Assembly: GCA_963730185.1 (NCBI GenBank)
Contig: CAVSQW010000006.1
Coordinates: 256,001 to 320,000 of the forward strand
Source: an uncultured Gemmatimonadales bacterium
Lineage (GTDB): Bacteria > Gemmatimonadota > Gemmatimonadetes > Gemmatimonadales > GWC2-71-9
Direction: 5' to 3'
DNA length: 64,000 nucleotides
The position numbers and the translations under genes are program-made. Positions 11,342 through 20,906 of the stretch are shown here, in pieces (position 1 is the stretch's first letter; each line of letters begins with the position of its first letter). The notes under the pieces are model-generated. The model was not told where the DNA came from, did no database searches, and saw nothing but the letters and a program-made list of their open reading frames with translations.

Positions 11342-12259
11342 ATGCTGCCCATCGATCTGACCAACCAGCGGGCGCTGGTCGCCGGGGTCGCCGACGACGG
11401 CGGGTTCGGCTTCGCCATCGCGAAGGCCCTGGCCGAAGCCGGCGCCACCGTTTGCGTCGGCACCTGGCCCCCGGCGCTCGGGATCTTCGAGAAGCTGCTC
11501 GACCGGGGCAAGATGAGCGAGGCCATGGCCCTGGCCGACGGCTCCCAGCTGGCGTTCGAGCGGATTTACCCCCTCGACGCCGCCTACGACACCCTCGACG
11601 CCGCGCCCCAGGAGATTCGGGAGAACAAACGGTACCGGGAGCGGGGCGACTTCTCGATCCAGGGGCTGGCCGACCGACTCGAGGCCGACTTCGGGTCACC
11701 GGCCCTCGATATCGTGGTCCACAGCCTGGCCAACGGGCCCGAGGTCAAGCTGCCGTTGCTCGAGACCAGCCGGCACGGCTACCTCTCCGCCATCGGGGTC
11801 AGCGCCTACAGCAACGTGGCCCTGGTCCAGCGCCTGGCGCCGCTGATGCGGCCGGGCGGGAGCTTCCTCTCGTTGACCTACCTGGCCAGCGAGCGGGTGA
11901 TCCCGGGTTACGGGGGCGGCATGTCCACCGCCAAGGCGGCGCTCGAGTCCGACACCCGGGTGCTGGCCTACGAGGCCGGCCGCCGCTACGGCGTCCGGGT
12001 CAACACCATCTCGGCCGGTCCCTGGGCGTCGCGGGCCGCGAGCGCCATCGGGCTGATCGAGCGGATGGTCGAGTACTACCAGGCCAACGCGCCGCTGGCC
12101 CGGGAGTTCACGCCCGCCGACGTGGGCCGGACGGCGGCCTTTCTCGCGAGCCCCCTGGCGGCGGCCATCACCGGCAGCGTGGTGTACGTCGACAACGGCT
12201 ACCACGCCATGGGCATGGGCGTCGCCACCCCGGGCGAGCCGGCCGGCGACCGGGAATAG
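11342..12259 (+). CDS. fabI: Enoyl-ACP reductase (FabI, plant/chlamydial-type sequence features)
   Basis: GVADDGGFG, GTWPPAL, VHSLANGPEV and YGGGMSTAKAALESD motifs. Confidence 0.92.
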   Translation: MLPIDLTNQRALVAGVADDGGFGFAIAKALAEAGATVCVGTWPPALGIFEKLLDRGKMSEAMALADGSQLAFERIYPLDAAYDTLDAAPQEIRENKRYRERGDFSIQGLADRLEADFGSPALDIVVHSLANGPEVKLPLLETSRHGYLSAIGVSAYSNVALVQRLAPLMRPGGSFLSLTYLASERVIPGYGGGMSTAKAALESDTRVLAYEAGRRYGVRVNTISAGPWASRAASAIGLIERMVEYYQANAPLAREFTPADVGRTAAFLASPLAAAITGSVVYVDNGYHAMGMGVATPGEPAGDRE

Positions 12260-12270
12260 GGGAGGTCCGG

Positions 12271-12660
12271 ATGTCACCTCGTCTCGCCGCCAGCGGCGCC
12301 ATCGCCGGGTTTCTGGCCGTCGCCCTCGGCGCCTTCGGTGCCCATGCGCTCCGGAACCGGCTGAGCCCCGGCGACCTCGCCATCTTCGAGACCGGCGTCC
12401 GGTACCAGATGTACCACGCCCTGGCCATCCTGCTGCTCGCCGCGATCGGCGCCCGCTGGGCCTCTCCCTGGCTCGACCGGGCCGGCTGGCTCTTCCTGGT
12501 GGGGATCGTGATCTTCTCCGGGAGCCTCTACACCCTGGTGCTGACCGGCACCCGGGCCTGGGGCGCCGTCACCCCCTTCGGCGGGGTCGCCTTCCTCGCC
12601 GGCTGGCTCGCCGCCGCCTGGGGAATCATCCAGCAGATTCCGAGCGGATCGGGCCGCTGA
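12271..12660 (+). CDS. DUF423 (YgdD/TMEM256) membrane protein
   Basis: GGAGG RBS; ALGAFGAHAL, YQMYHA, FSGSLY and GAVTPFGG motifs. Confidence 0.9.
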   Translation: MSPRLAASGAIAGFLAVALGAFGAHALRNRLSPGDLAIFETGVRYQMYHALAILLLAAIGARWASPWLDRAGWLFLVGIVIFSGSLYTLVLTGTRAWGAVTPFGGVAFLAGWLAAAWGIIQQIPSGSGR

Positions 12661-12668
12661 GGTCGCCC

Positions 12669-13307
12669 GTGGGTCGCTACCTGCCGCTGCTGGAAGAGCT
12701 CGACCGCTGGCAGACGGAGGCCCGCGACCATCATCCGGGCGTGATCCCCTGTCGGGCGGGGTGCTCCCACTGTTGCTACGGACCGTTCGACGTGTCGGTC
12801 GCCGACGTCGCCGTCCTCCTGGAGGGCGCCGCGGCGCTGGCGCCGGAGGCCCGGGCCGCCGCCCGCGAGCGGGCCGGGCGCCAGGTGGCCCGGATGCGCG
12901 AGATGGAGCCCTCCTGGCAGGCACCGTTCGACGTCGCCACGCTGGGCGAGGAGCGGTTCGACGTTCTCACCGAGGCCCTGGCCCAAGAGCCTTGTCCGCT
13001 CCTCGGCCCGGCCGGCGAATGCCTGATCTATCACCACCGGCCGGCGGTCTGCCGGATGATCGGGCTCGGCCTCCGAACCGAAACCGGTGACGTGATTCCG
13101 AACACCTGTCCCGTGCAGGATCGGTTTCCGGGTTACGCCGATCTCCCCCCGGCCGAGTTCCCCTTGCTGGCCTGGGAGCAGGGCGAGACCCTGGCGAAAC
13201 GGGAGGCGGCGGTGAGATTGTTGGGGACGCCGGCGCGGGAGGGTTACGAAACCACGATCGCGGCGGCCCTGGTGACGTTCGACCTCGAGCGAGGATCCGA
13301 ACCATGA
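12669..13307 (+). CDS. YkgJ-family Cys-cluster (CxxxCxxCC) protein
   Basis: CRAGCSHCC, CPLL and C.IY..RP..CR motifs. Confidence 0.85.
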   Translation: MGRYLPLLEELDRWQTEARDHHPGVIPCRAGCSHCCYGPFDVSVADVAVLLEGAAALAPEARAAARERAGRQVARMREMEPSWQAPFDVATLGEERFDVLTEALAQEPCPLLGPAGECLIYHHRPAVCRMIGLGLRTETGDVIPNTCPVQDRFPGYADLPPAEFPLLAWEQGETLAKREAAVRLLGTPAREGYETTIAAALVTFDLERGSEP

Positions 13308-13783
13308 GCCTGCTCACCGAGCTCCTGAGAGGGCGCGGCGCCCACCCCGACCCCGTCGGCGCGGTGGCCGACTTGACGGCCCAGGAGGCGGGGCTGCGCG
13401 CCCCGGGCCTCCCCCACAGCATCTGGCAGATGGTCTCGCATCTCACCTTCTGGATGGATGCCGAGCTCCGGGCCATCGAGGGAACGAAGGGAGTCGCCGA
13501 GCGGCCGACCACCGACTGGCCGGCCGAAACAGCGCCGGCCGACGAGATCGCCTGGCGCCACGACCTGGCCCTCTTCCGACTCCAGCTCGATCAGCTCGCC
13601 ACCCTGGCCGACGCCCGCGCCTCCACCCTGGCTCGGATCGTCCATCGGGCCGGCGACGATCGAACCGACACCGTCGAGAGCGTGCTCTGGCAGCTGGTGG
13701 CGCACAACGCCTACCACACCGGGCAGATCGTCGATGTTCGCCGGGCCGTGGGGCTCTGGCCGCCCCGACCCGCCGACACCTAA
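13304..13783 (+). CDS. DinB family protein
   Basis: HSIWQMVSH and HNAYHTGQI His triad; ATGA overlap with the upstream gene. Confidence 0.87.
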   Translation: MSLLTELLRGRGAHPDPVGAVADLTAQEAGLRAPGLPHSIWQMVSHLTFWMDAELRAIEGTKGVAERPTTDWPAETAPADEIAWRHDLALFRLQLDQLATLADARASTLARIVHRAGDDRTDTVESVLWQLVAHNAYHTGQIVDVRRAVGLWPPRPADT

Positions 13784-14760
13784 CCTGGCAGCGCCCGCCG
13801 GGCCAGATCGGGAAAATCGGTGAAGTAGCCGTCCACCCCGAGGTCCGCCAGCCGGCGATACTCGGCCAGCGGATCGCCGCCGTAGCCGGCCGGGAGGAAC
13901 TCGGGATCGGCCCGGAGGGTCCACACGTGGACGAAGAGGCCGGCCCGGTGGGCGTCGGTCACCAGGCCGGTCGGTGGGAGCAACTCCCCCTCCGGTCCCA
14001 GCGGCTGGACCAAACCCTTGTCGGGCCCGATCCCATCCGCCCAGGTCGCGACCTCCCGGAGGCCGGCCACCGTCATCAGGTCGGCGTAGGTCCGGGGGTC
14101 CCCGCTCAGGGAAAGGTCGGCCGGCCGCCCCCGGCTCTCGATCAGCTGGACCAACCGAAGCCCGGTCAGCCCCCGGGCATGGCGGAGGTTGCCCGTCTCG
14201 AACGACTGGATGAAGACCGGATCGTGGCGCTCCCGGTATCCCCACCGCTCCAGCACGGCAAGCAGGGTGTCGGTGATCGGCAGGCCGACCGCTTCGTGAT
14301 GGGAAGGATGCTTGGTCTCGGGATAGATCCCGATCCGCCGCCCCAGCGCGGTCTCCCGCTCCCGAACCAGGCTCAGAATCTCCTCGAAGGTCGGCACCTC
14401 GAAGCGGCCGTCGAGCTGGTGCGACCGGAACGGAAGCCGCTCCCGGGCCCGGAGCGTCTTGATCTCGGCCAGGGTGAAGTCTTCCACGAACCAGCCGGTG
14501 GTCGGCGTGCCGTCGATGGTCTTGGTCCGGCGGCGCTCCGGGAACCGGGTGGCGACGTCGGTGGTCTGGCCGATCTCGTTCTCGTGCCGGGCCACCAGAA
14601 CGCCGTCCCGGGTCATGACCAGGTCGGGCTCGATCACGTCGGCGCCCTGCTCGATGGCCAGCGCATACGACGCCAGGGTGTGCTCGGGCCGGTAGCCGGA
14701 GGCCCCCCGATGCCCGATGACGAGGGGAATCCTCACCGGGGTCACGGCGCCGGCTGGCAT
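13780..14760 (-). CDS. glpQ: Glycerophosphodiester phosphodiesterase
   Basis: IGHRGASGYRPEHT, IEPDLV.T.DG, YPETKHP and FTDFPD motifs. Confidence 0.92.
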   Translation of the reverse strand: MPAGAVTPVRIPLVIGHRGASGYRPEHTLASYALAIEQGADVIEPDLVMTRDGVLVARHENEIGQTTDVATRFPERRRTKTIDGTPTTGWFVEDFTLAEIKTLRARERLPFRSHQLDGRFEVPTFEEILSLVRERETALGRRIGIYPETKHPSHHEAVGLPITDTLLAVLERWGYRERHDPVFIQSFETGNLRHARGLTGLRLVQLIESRGRPADLSLSGDPRTYADLMTVAGLREVATWADGIGPDKGLVQPLGPEGELLPPTGLVTDAHRAGLFVHVWTLRADPEFLPAGYGGDPLAEYRRLADLGVDGYFTDFPDLARRALPG

Positions 14761-14857
14761 GATCGTGACGCTCCTCGAAAGGGGAGGATCCCTGAACGCG
14801 CGGCGCCCCGCCCGAACCGGAGGTCGAGCGGGGCAGCCGGGGAGCGAGGCACGGTCG

Positions 14858-15211
14858 TCAGAAGCTGGTCTTGATCCAGTATTCGTGCAGCGTGATCAGC
14901 GCCAGAATGATCGCCGTGGCGAGCAAGATCGGCCAGACGAACAGGTTGGTGAAGACCTTGGCGTCCTGCTTGAGGTGCATGTAGAACATGGCCACCAGGG
15001 CGAACTTCGCCGCCGAGAGGACGATCAGGATCGGCACCAGGAGCGGCTCGACCACCGAGTGGAGCGGCATCCCGGTCCGGTGGCTGGTCTCGTAGGAGAG
15101 GACCTCCATCGCGGTCAGCGCGAACAGGATCAGGGCGACCTTGAGGTAGAGCCACGGAGTCGGATGATGCTGGTCCGCGGCGTGCCCGTGAGCCATGGCG
15201 TTGGCTTCCAT
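14858..15211 (-). CDS. ctaF: Cytochrome c oxidase subunit IV (caa3-type)
   Basis: Three TM segments, KF.LVAMFYMHLK motif, last gene of the oxidase operon. Confidence 0.85.
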   Translation of the reverse strand: MEANAMAHGHAADQHHPTPWLYLKVALILFALTAMEVLSYETSHRTGMPLHSVVEPLLVPILIVLSAAKFALVAMFYMHLKQDAKVFTNLFVWPILLATAIILALITLHEYWIKTSF

Positions 15212-15220
15212 GGATGTCTC

Positions 15221-15877
15221 CTATTTCATCAGGTAGACGACGGGGAAGATCACGATCCACACCACGTCGACGAAGTGCCAGTAGAGCGCCGCGAGCTCGA
15301 GATTGAGCGACTTCTCGGGCGGGAGCTTGCCCCGGAAGGCCAGCACCAGCATGGTCGTAAGCCAGATCACGCCCAGAGTCACGTGGCTGCCATGGAATCC
15401 GGTCAGCGTGAAGAAGGTCGAGCTGAACAGGTTGGTGCTGTAGCCCATTCCCTTGTGATAGAAATGGGTGAACTCGTACACCTGCATCCCGACGAAAAAG
15501 AGGCCGCAGGTCACGGTGAGGCCGAGCCAGAAAAGCAGCTTGCCCCGGTTCCCCTTCTGGGCGTGGTAGAGCGCCAGCACCACGAAGAACGAGCTGAAGA
15601 GCAAGACGGCGGTACCGATGGTCACCAGGGGGATTTCGAACACGCCCTCGCAGGTGGTCATCGCGCCGTGGAGCATGCATTGCGACTCCTCGTGGGGCAG
15701 CGGGCCGACCAGGCTTTTGCCCTTGTACACGAGGTAGGTCGAGATCAGCGACGCGAAGAAGAGGCACTCCGACCCGATGAAGGTCCAGATGGCCAGCTTC
15801 CGGCTGTCGAGCCCGGTCGCGGTGTAATGGTGTTCGTCGATCTCGTGTCCGGCGGATGCCGTGGCTGCGGTCGCCAA
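15221..15877 (-). CDS. ctaE: Cytochrome c oxidase subunit III
   Basis: FIGSECLFF, LTGFHGSHV and YWHFVDVVW motifs; TTG start with an AGGAG RBS. Confidence 0.93.
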   Translation of the reverse strand: MATAATASAGHEIDEHHYTATGLDSRKLAIWTFIGSECLFFASLISTYLVYKGKSLVGPLPHEESQCMLHGAMTTCEGVFEIPLVTIGTAVLLFSSFFVVLALYHAQKGNRGKLLFWLGLTVTCGLFFVGMQVYEFTHFYHKGMGYSTNLFSSTFFTLTGFHGSHVTLGVIWLTTMLVLAFRGKLPPEKSLNLELAALYWHFVDVVWIVIFPVVYLMK

Positions 15878-15957
15878 GTCACTCTCTCCTATCGTCGCGG
15901 GAGGAAAGGTCCTCCCTGATCAGTTCGTCCGTCGGTTCGCCCGTCCAGCCGCCCGCT

Positions 15958-17826
15958 TCAACCGGTCGGCTCGAAGGCCCACTTGAACACGCTGAAGAAG
16001 AGCCAGAGCGCGCCAAAAATGGTGATCGCGAACCAGAAGGGCAGCTGCCGGATCATCAGCAGGCTTCCCAGGGTCAGGAACACGCCGATGGCCGACATGA
16101 TCGGCCAGTACGACGGGTTGGGCAGGTGAATCCCGGCGCCGCTCACCTTGGCCGGTTCGGGCAGCTTGTGCCCCGCCGCCCGGGTGGCGTCCCAAAGCGG
16201 GACCGAGCTCCCGACCTGGGGCAGGGTCGGGAAGTTGAACTCCTGCGGCGGCGACGGGATCGACCACTCAAGGGTGGCGCCGTCCCAGGGGTCGGCCGGG
16301 GCGTTGGCCGGGCCAAGCCAGGTCTTGACGATGTTGACCAGGAAGATCAGGAAGGAGAGCGCCAGGATGAAGGCGCCCACCGTCTCGAAGGCGTTCCAGA
16401 ACTCGAATCCCAACCCGGCCGGATAGGTGTAGACCCGGCGGGGCATGCCGTTCAGGCCGAGGATGTGCATCGGGAAGAAGGTCATGTTCATGCCGATGAA
16501 CATGAGCCAGAAATGCGCCTTGCCGAGCGTCTCGTCGAGCAGCCGGCCGAACATCTTCGGCCACCAGTAGTATGCGCCCGCGGTCAGGCCGAAGATCGAG
16601 CCGCCGAAAAGCACGTAGTGGAAGTGGGCGACGATGAAGTAGCTGTCGGTCTGCTGAAGGTCGGCCGGGGGCGCCGAGTGCATCACTCCCGAGAGCCCGC
16701 CGATGATGAAGAGCCCCACCATGCCAAGCGCGAAGCACATGGCCGAGCTGAAGCGGAGTTGGCCGCCCCAGATGGTGCCGATCCAGTTGAAGATCTTCAC
16801 CCCGGTGGGGATCGCGATCACCATCGTGGCCAGCGAGAAGAAGGTGTCCGCGAAGGGTCCCATCCCGGTCGCGAACATGTGGTGGCTCCAGACCCCGAAG
16901 CCCACGAAGGCGATGAAAGCACCCGAGAACACCATCGCGGTGTAGCCGAAGAGCGGCTTCCGCGAGAAGACCGGGAGCACCTCCGACGTGATCCCGAACG
17001 CCGGCAGGATCAGGATGTAGACCTCCGGATGCCCGAAGATCCAGAACAGGTGCTGCCAGAGGATCGGGTCACCGCCGCCGTCCGGCATGAAGAAGCTGGT
17101 CCCGAAGTTCCGATCCATCATCAGCAGCACCAGGGCCACGGTGATGACCGGGAAGGCCAGCAGCAGGAGGATCTGAACGATGAAGCTCATCCAGGTGAAC
17201 ATCGGCATCCGGAGCATCCGCATGCCGGGAGCCCGGAGGTTCACCACGGTCACGAAGAAGTTCACCGCGGCCGCGATCGAGGCGATCCCGAGGATCTGGA
17301 GGCCGATCACCCAGAAATCGATGTTGAGCCCGGGAGCCGGGGCCGCCGCGGTCGCGGCGATCACCCGCGACGAGGTCAGGTTGGCGTAGCCGAACCAGCC
17401 GCCGTCCGGCGGAGCGCCCACGATGAAGCTGGCGTTGAGGAAGAGGCCGCCCAGCAGGAAGACCCAGTAGCTGAAGGCGTTGAGCCGCGGGAAGGCGACG
17501 TCACGGGCGCCGATCTGGAGTGGAATGAAGTAGTTGAAGAACATCGCGCTCAACGGCATCACGCCCAGGAAGATCATCGTCGTCCCGTGCATGGTGAAGA
17601 GCGCGTTGTACATCTCCGGGCTCACCGCCGTGTTGTCCGGCCGGGCCAGCTGCCACCGGATGATCAACGCCTCGATGCCGCCCATCAAGAAAAAGAGAAA
17701 CGCGGTGGCGCCGTAGAGAATCCCGATCCGCTTGTGGTCGACCGTGGTGATCCAGCTCCACAAGCCGGTCTTGGGGTGCGCGTGCGGAATCGCGGGCGCG
17801 TCGCGGTCGATTACCGAGGTGGCCAT
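15958..17826 (-). CDS. ctaD: Cytochrome c oxidase subunit I (type A1)
   Basis: DHKRIG, FTMHG, WIFGHPEVY, WSHHM and VAHFHY motifs. Confidence 0.97.
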   Translation of the reverse strand: MATSVIDRDAPAIPHAHPKTGLWSWITTVDHKRIGILYGATAFLFFLMGGIEALIIRWQLARPDNTAVSPEMYNALFTMHGTTMIFLGVMPLSAMFFNYFIPLQIGARDVAFPRLNAFSYWVFLLGGLFLNASFIVGAPPDGGWFGYANLTSSRVIAATAAAPAPGLNIDFWVIGLQILGIASIAAAVNFFVTVVNLRAPGMRMLRMPMFTWMSFIVQILLLLAFPVITVALVLLMMDRNFGTSFFMPDGGGDPILWQHLFWIFGHPEVYILILPAFGITSEVLPVFSRKPLFGYTAMVFSGAFIAFVGFGVWSHHMFATGMGPFADTFFSLATMVIAIPTGVKIFNWIGTIWGGQLRFSSAMCFALGMVGLFIIGGLSGVMHSAPPADLQQTDSYFIVAHFHYVLFGGSIFGLTAGAYYWWPKMFGRLLDETLGKAHFWLMFIGMNMTFFPMHILGLNGMPRRVYTYPAGLGFEFWNAFETVGAFILALSFLIFLVNIVKTWLGPANAPADPWDGATLEWSIPSPPQEFNFPTLPQVGSSVPLWDATRAAGHKLPEPAKVSGAGIHLPNPSYWPIMSAIGVFLTLGSLLMIRQLPFWFAITIFGALWLFFSVFKWAFEPTG

Positions 17827-17844
17827 GGGTTCCTCTGCCTCGTC

Positions 17845-18939
17845 TTACTGGTGCTTCCGAAGATACGCCACCAAAGTGGTGATCTCGGCATCCGTGAGCT
17901 GGCGGGGGAGGATCATGTGACTCCCCTCCTTCATGGCCTGCGGATCGCGCAGCCACCGGGCCAGATTGGTCGGCGTGTTTTCGTACATCCCGGCCCCGAT
18001 CGTGGTCCGACTCCCCACGTGGCTCAGGTTCGGGCCCCGGAGCGTCATCGCCCCGGCCAACGGAGTGCCCACCATCGCGTGACAACTGATGCAACCGCCC
18101 GTCAGGAAGGTCGCCTGCCCCTTCGCGTTGACCGGATCGGCCTTCTCGGTGCTGTCGGCCTGGGGCGAGAGCTTGCCCGCGCTCACCAACGGCGACCCCC
18201 GCTGCTGCGAGGCCACCCACCGGTCGAACTCCTCCTGGGTCTGGACGATCACCCGGAATCCCATCCGGCCGTGCTGCACACCGCAGAGCTCGGCGCACTG
18301 CCCGGTGTAGTACCCCGTGGTGTCGGCCGTGAACCAGAGCGGGTTGACCTTCTTGAATTTGGTCTGCGAAAAGATCGGAAAGACGTCCCGTTTGGCCGCC
18401 ATCCGCGGGAACCAGAAGCTGTGCACGACGTCGGCGCTCCACATCCGGAGCCCGATCATCTGGTGCACCGGGACGTGCATCTCGTTGGCCGTGACGACCT
18501 TGAGGTCGGGGTACCGGAACTCCCACCACCACTGGTGACCGATCACTTCGACCGTCACGTCGGGATGCTCGGCCGGCAGCGAGGTCTTGAAGATCGTGCG
18601 CACCGTGGGAACCGCGATGAAGACCAGAATCAACGCCGGGATCGCCGTCCAGACGATCTCCAGCGTGGTGTTGCCGTGGGTCTGCGTCGGCTCCGGAGCG
18701 CCGGGCTTGGCCCGGAACCGGACGATCGCGTAGATCAGCGCGCCTTCGACCAGAACGAACACCACCACCGCCCACCAGAACGTGGTCCGGAAGAGCGAGT
18801 CGATGAGCCGCGTGATGTCGGATTCGGGACGAAGCGTGCTCTGCGGATAGTTCTCGACACAGCCGGCGAGCGCCAAGGCCAGAAACAGCGCCGAGGAGCC
18901 GAGCCAGGCGCGCCAGGAGCGTCCGGGGCGACTTACCAT
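17845..18939 (-). CDS. ctaC: Cytochrome c oxidase subunit II fused to cytochrome c (caa3-type), lipoprotein
   Basis: Lipobox LAGC, GHQWWW, DVVHSF, CuA motif CAELCGVQHGRM and heme c motif CISCH. Confidence 0.94.
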   Translation of the reverse strand: MVSRPGRSWRAWLGSSALFLALALAGCVENYPQSTLRPESDITRLIDSLFRTTFWWAVVVFVLVEGALIYAIVRFRAKPGAPEPTQTHGNTTLEIVWTAIPALILVFIAVPTVRTIFKTSLPAEHPDVTVEVIGHQWWWEFRYPDLKVVTANEMHVPVHQMIGLRMWSADVVHSFWFPRMAAKRDVFPIFSQTKFKKVNPLWFTADTTGYYTGQCAELCGVQHGRMGFRVIVQTQEEFDRWVASQQRGSPLVSAGKLSPQADSTEKADPVNAKGQATFLTGGCISCHAMVGTPLAGAMTLRGPNLSHVGSRTTIGAGMYENTPTNLARWLRDPQAMKEGSHMILPRQLTDAEITTLVAYLRKHQ

Positions 18940-19007
18940 TGCGATATCGATCCCATAGAGAGGGGGCCCGCTGCTGGGGGCCCGGGAACGTGCCTCAAAG
19001 CCGGGGA

Positions 19008-19036
19008 AGCTTATTCGAGACAAGAGGTTGGGTCAA
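19008..19036 (-). promoter_or_regulatory. Putative sigma70 promoter of ctaCDEF
   Basis: Minus strand TTGACC-N17-TAAGCT, about 70 bp upstream of ctaC. Confidence 0.6.
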
Positions 19037-19150
19037 GCACATCCGGCGAGCGTTCTCGTCGGGTTTTCGGGATGCCGCCGTGCCACCCCCCGGCCGGCCG
19101 GTTACCTTTCCTTGGCACTCGTACCCTGACCCGTCCGCGAGGGACCGAAG

Positions 19151-19876
19151 ATGACCCGAAATCTCGCCACGCTCGCTCTAGCGTTGCTCCCGTTCGCCGT
19201 GCCGACCCCGGCCTGCGCCCAGTCGTCGTCGTTCGAAGGCGTGATCGTCGCCACCATGTACATGGGCGAGAAGCCCATGGAGATGACCACCCGCTACAAG
19301 GGCTCCATGGCCAGGATGGAGGTCCCGATGGGCCCCGCCGCCGGCGCCTATCAGCTCCTCGACCTCGGCACCGGCACCATGACCGCGGTGATGCCGGCCC
19401 AGAAGATGTTCATGAAGATGGACCTCAACGCCACCCGGGAGGAAATGGCGGACAAGGCCGACAAGGCCACCCCGCCGAAGGTCACCGCGACCGGCAAGAC
19501 CGAGACCATCGCCGGGCACAGTTGCGCCCACTATCTGATCGAGTCCGAAAGCGGCAAGAAGGACGACACGATGGACGTCTGCGCCGCCACGGGCATGGGC
19601 TATTTCGGCACGATCGGCGCAAACCCGATGGCCCGAGGCCATTCCCCCGCGTCGGTCCCGCTCAAGTTCCGGGAGCTCTACGCCCGATTCAAGGACGGAT
19701 TCCAGCCCCTCAAGGTCGAGCGCCTCGAGGGCGACAAGCGGATCCTGATGCTCCAGGTCAAGTCGATCGAGAAAGGGCCCCAGGACGCCGCCCTGTTCAA
19801 GGTGCCCGATGGCTTCCGGGACATGTCCGGGATGATGCGGGGCCGGATGCCGGGCGCGAAGCCGCCCCGCGGGTAA
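19151..19876 (+). CDS. Secreted DUF4412-domain protein
   Basis: Signal peptide; TGKTETIAGHSC..Y and LFKVPDGF motifs typical of DUF4412/GLPGLI-like folds. Confidence 0.75.
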   Translation: MTRNLATLALALLPFAVPTPACAQSSSFEGVIVATMYMGEKPMEMTTRYKGSMARMEVPMGPAAGAYQLLDLGTGTMTAVMPAQKMFMKMDLNATREEMADKADKATPPKVTATGKTETIAGHSCAHYLIESESGKKDDTMDVCAATGMGYFGTIGANPMARGHSPASVPLKFRELYARFKDGFQPLKVERLEGDKRILMLQVKSIEKGPQDAALFKVPDGFRDMSGMMRGRMPGAKPPRG

Positions 19877-19950
19877 GGAAGGACCGCCCGGCGGCGGGAT
19901 TCCGTTTTCCCCCGCCGAGCACTATGGTAATGAATCGGATGGTATCGTGC

Positions 19951-19990
19951 GCCCGGCGGACCGAACTCCGCCGGGCCAGCTTCTTTTGTT
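19951..19990 (+). terminator. Terminator-like hairpin in the greA leader
   Basis: 10-bp stem GCCCGGCGGA/TCCGCCGGGC followed by CAGCTTCTTTTGTT, 16 bp before the greA ATG. Confidence 0.65.
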
Positions 19991-20006
19991 GCTCGGCGAG
20001 CGTCTC

Positions 20007-20477
20007 ATGATCCAGGAAACGCGGGACAAGCTGGGGAAGGAGATCGAGGCGCTGAGCTACGAGCTCAACGTCACCCTCCCCCAGTCCATCGCGACCGCCG
20101 TCGCGCTCGGCGACCTTCGGGAAAACTCCGAATACAAGGCCGCCCTCGAGCGCCAGCAACTGGTCCAGGCCCGCCTCGGACAGCTGCACCACCGGCTTCA
20201 GCAGTTGAGCGAGCTCTCCACGGCCAACGCCCCCACCGACCGGGTCGGGTTGGGGTCTCGGGTCACCGTGATCGACATCGAGACCGACGAGGCCGAGACC
20301 TACCAGGTGGTGCTGGCCGAGCTGATGGACATCGATGCCGGCCACATCTCCCTCGGCTCCCCGCTGGGGCTGGCCCTCAAGGACCGGAAGGTGGGCGAAG
20401 AAGTCACCCTCAAGCTCCCCACCATGATCCGACGGCTCCGGGTGCTCGAGCTGACCACCGTTCACGAGCTGGGGTAG
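20007..20477 (+). CDS. greA: Transcription elongation factor GreA
   Basis: GDLRENSEY motif with both acidic residues, and ISLGSPLG.AL in the C-domain. Confidence 0.93.
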   Translation: MIQETRDKLGKEIEALSYELNVTLPQSIATAVALGDLRENSEYKAALERQQLVQARLGQLHHRLQQLSELSTANAPTDRVGLGSRVTVIDIETDEAETYQVVLAELMDIDAGHISLGSPLGLALKDRKVGEEVTLKLPTMIRRLRVLELTTVHELG

Positions 20478-20485
20478 GACCCCGC

Positions 20486-20854
20486 ATGGAGTTTCCACCC
20501 AAGCGGCTTCTCGTCGTCGGCGATCGCGTCCTCATCACCCCCGAGGACGGGGAGGAGCGGACCCGGGTGGGGCTCTATCTCCCGGCCACCGCCGTCGACA
20601 CCCAGCAGGTCCAGCAGGGGCTGATCATCGCCACCGGTCCCGGCGACCCCGTGCCCGACGCGTCCAGCTTCGACGAAGAGCCCTGGAAAGCGGACGAGAA
20701 GACCCCGCGCTATCGGCCGATGCAAGCTCGGATCGGCGACCACGCGATCTTCTTCCGGAAGGCCGCCGTGGAGATCACCTTCGAAGACAAGCGCTACTTG
20801 GTCGTTCCCCAGGCCGCCATCCTGGTCCTGGTGCGGGACGACCTGCCGATCTGA
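20486..20854 (+). CDS. GroES/Cpn10 family co-chaperonin paralogue (no adjacent groEL)
   Basis: GDRVLI, mobile loop T..GLYLP, IATGPG and C-terminal AILVLV. Confidence 0.85.
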   Translation: MEFPPKRLLVVGDRVLITPEDGEERTRVGLYLPATAVDTQQVQQGLIIATGPGDPVPDASSFDEEPWKADEKTPRYRPMQARIGDHAIFFRKAAVEITFEDKRYLVVPQAAILVLVRDDLPI

Positions 20855-20906
20855 ACATCGCCATCCCGTGACCGGCAAGCCGTTCCGGGGTGACCGTCGA
20901 AGAGAC

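Noticed and set aside
15856..20010. 1384-aa plus-strand ORF, and many similar long ORFs (e.g. 2145-4136, 8456-10744, 49020-51746)
   Set aside because: Antisense or frame shadows of well-supported genes, typical of high-GC DNA. They are Arg/Gly/Pro-rich with no domain motifs.
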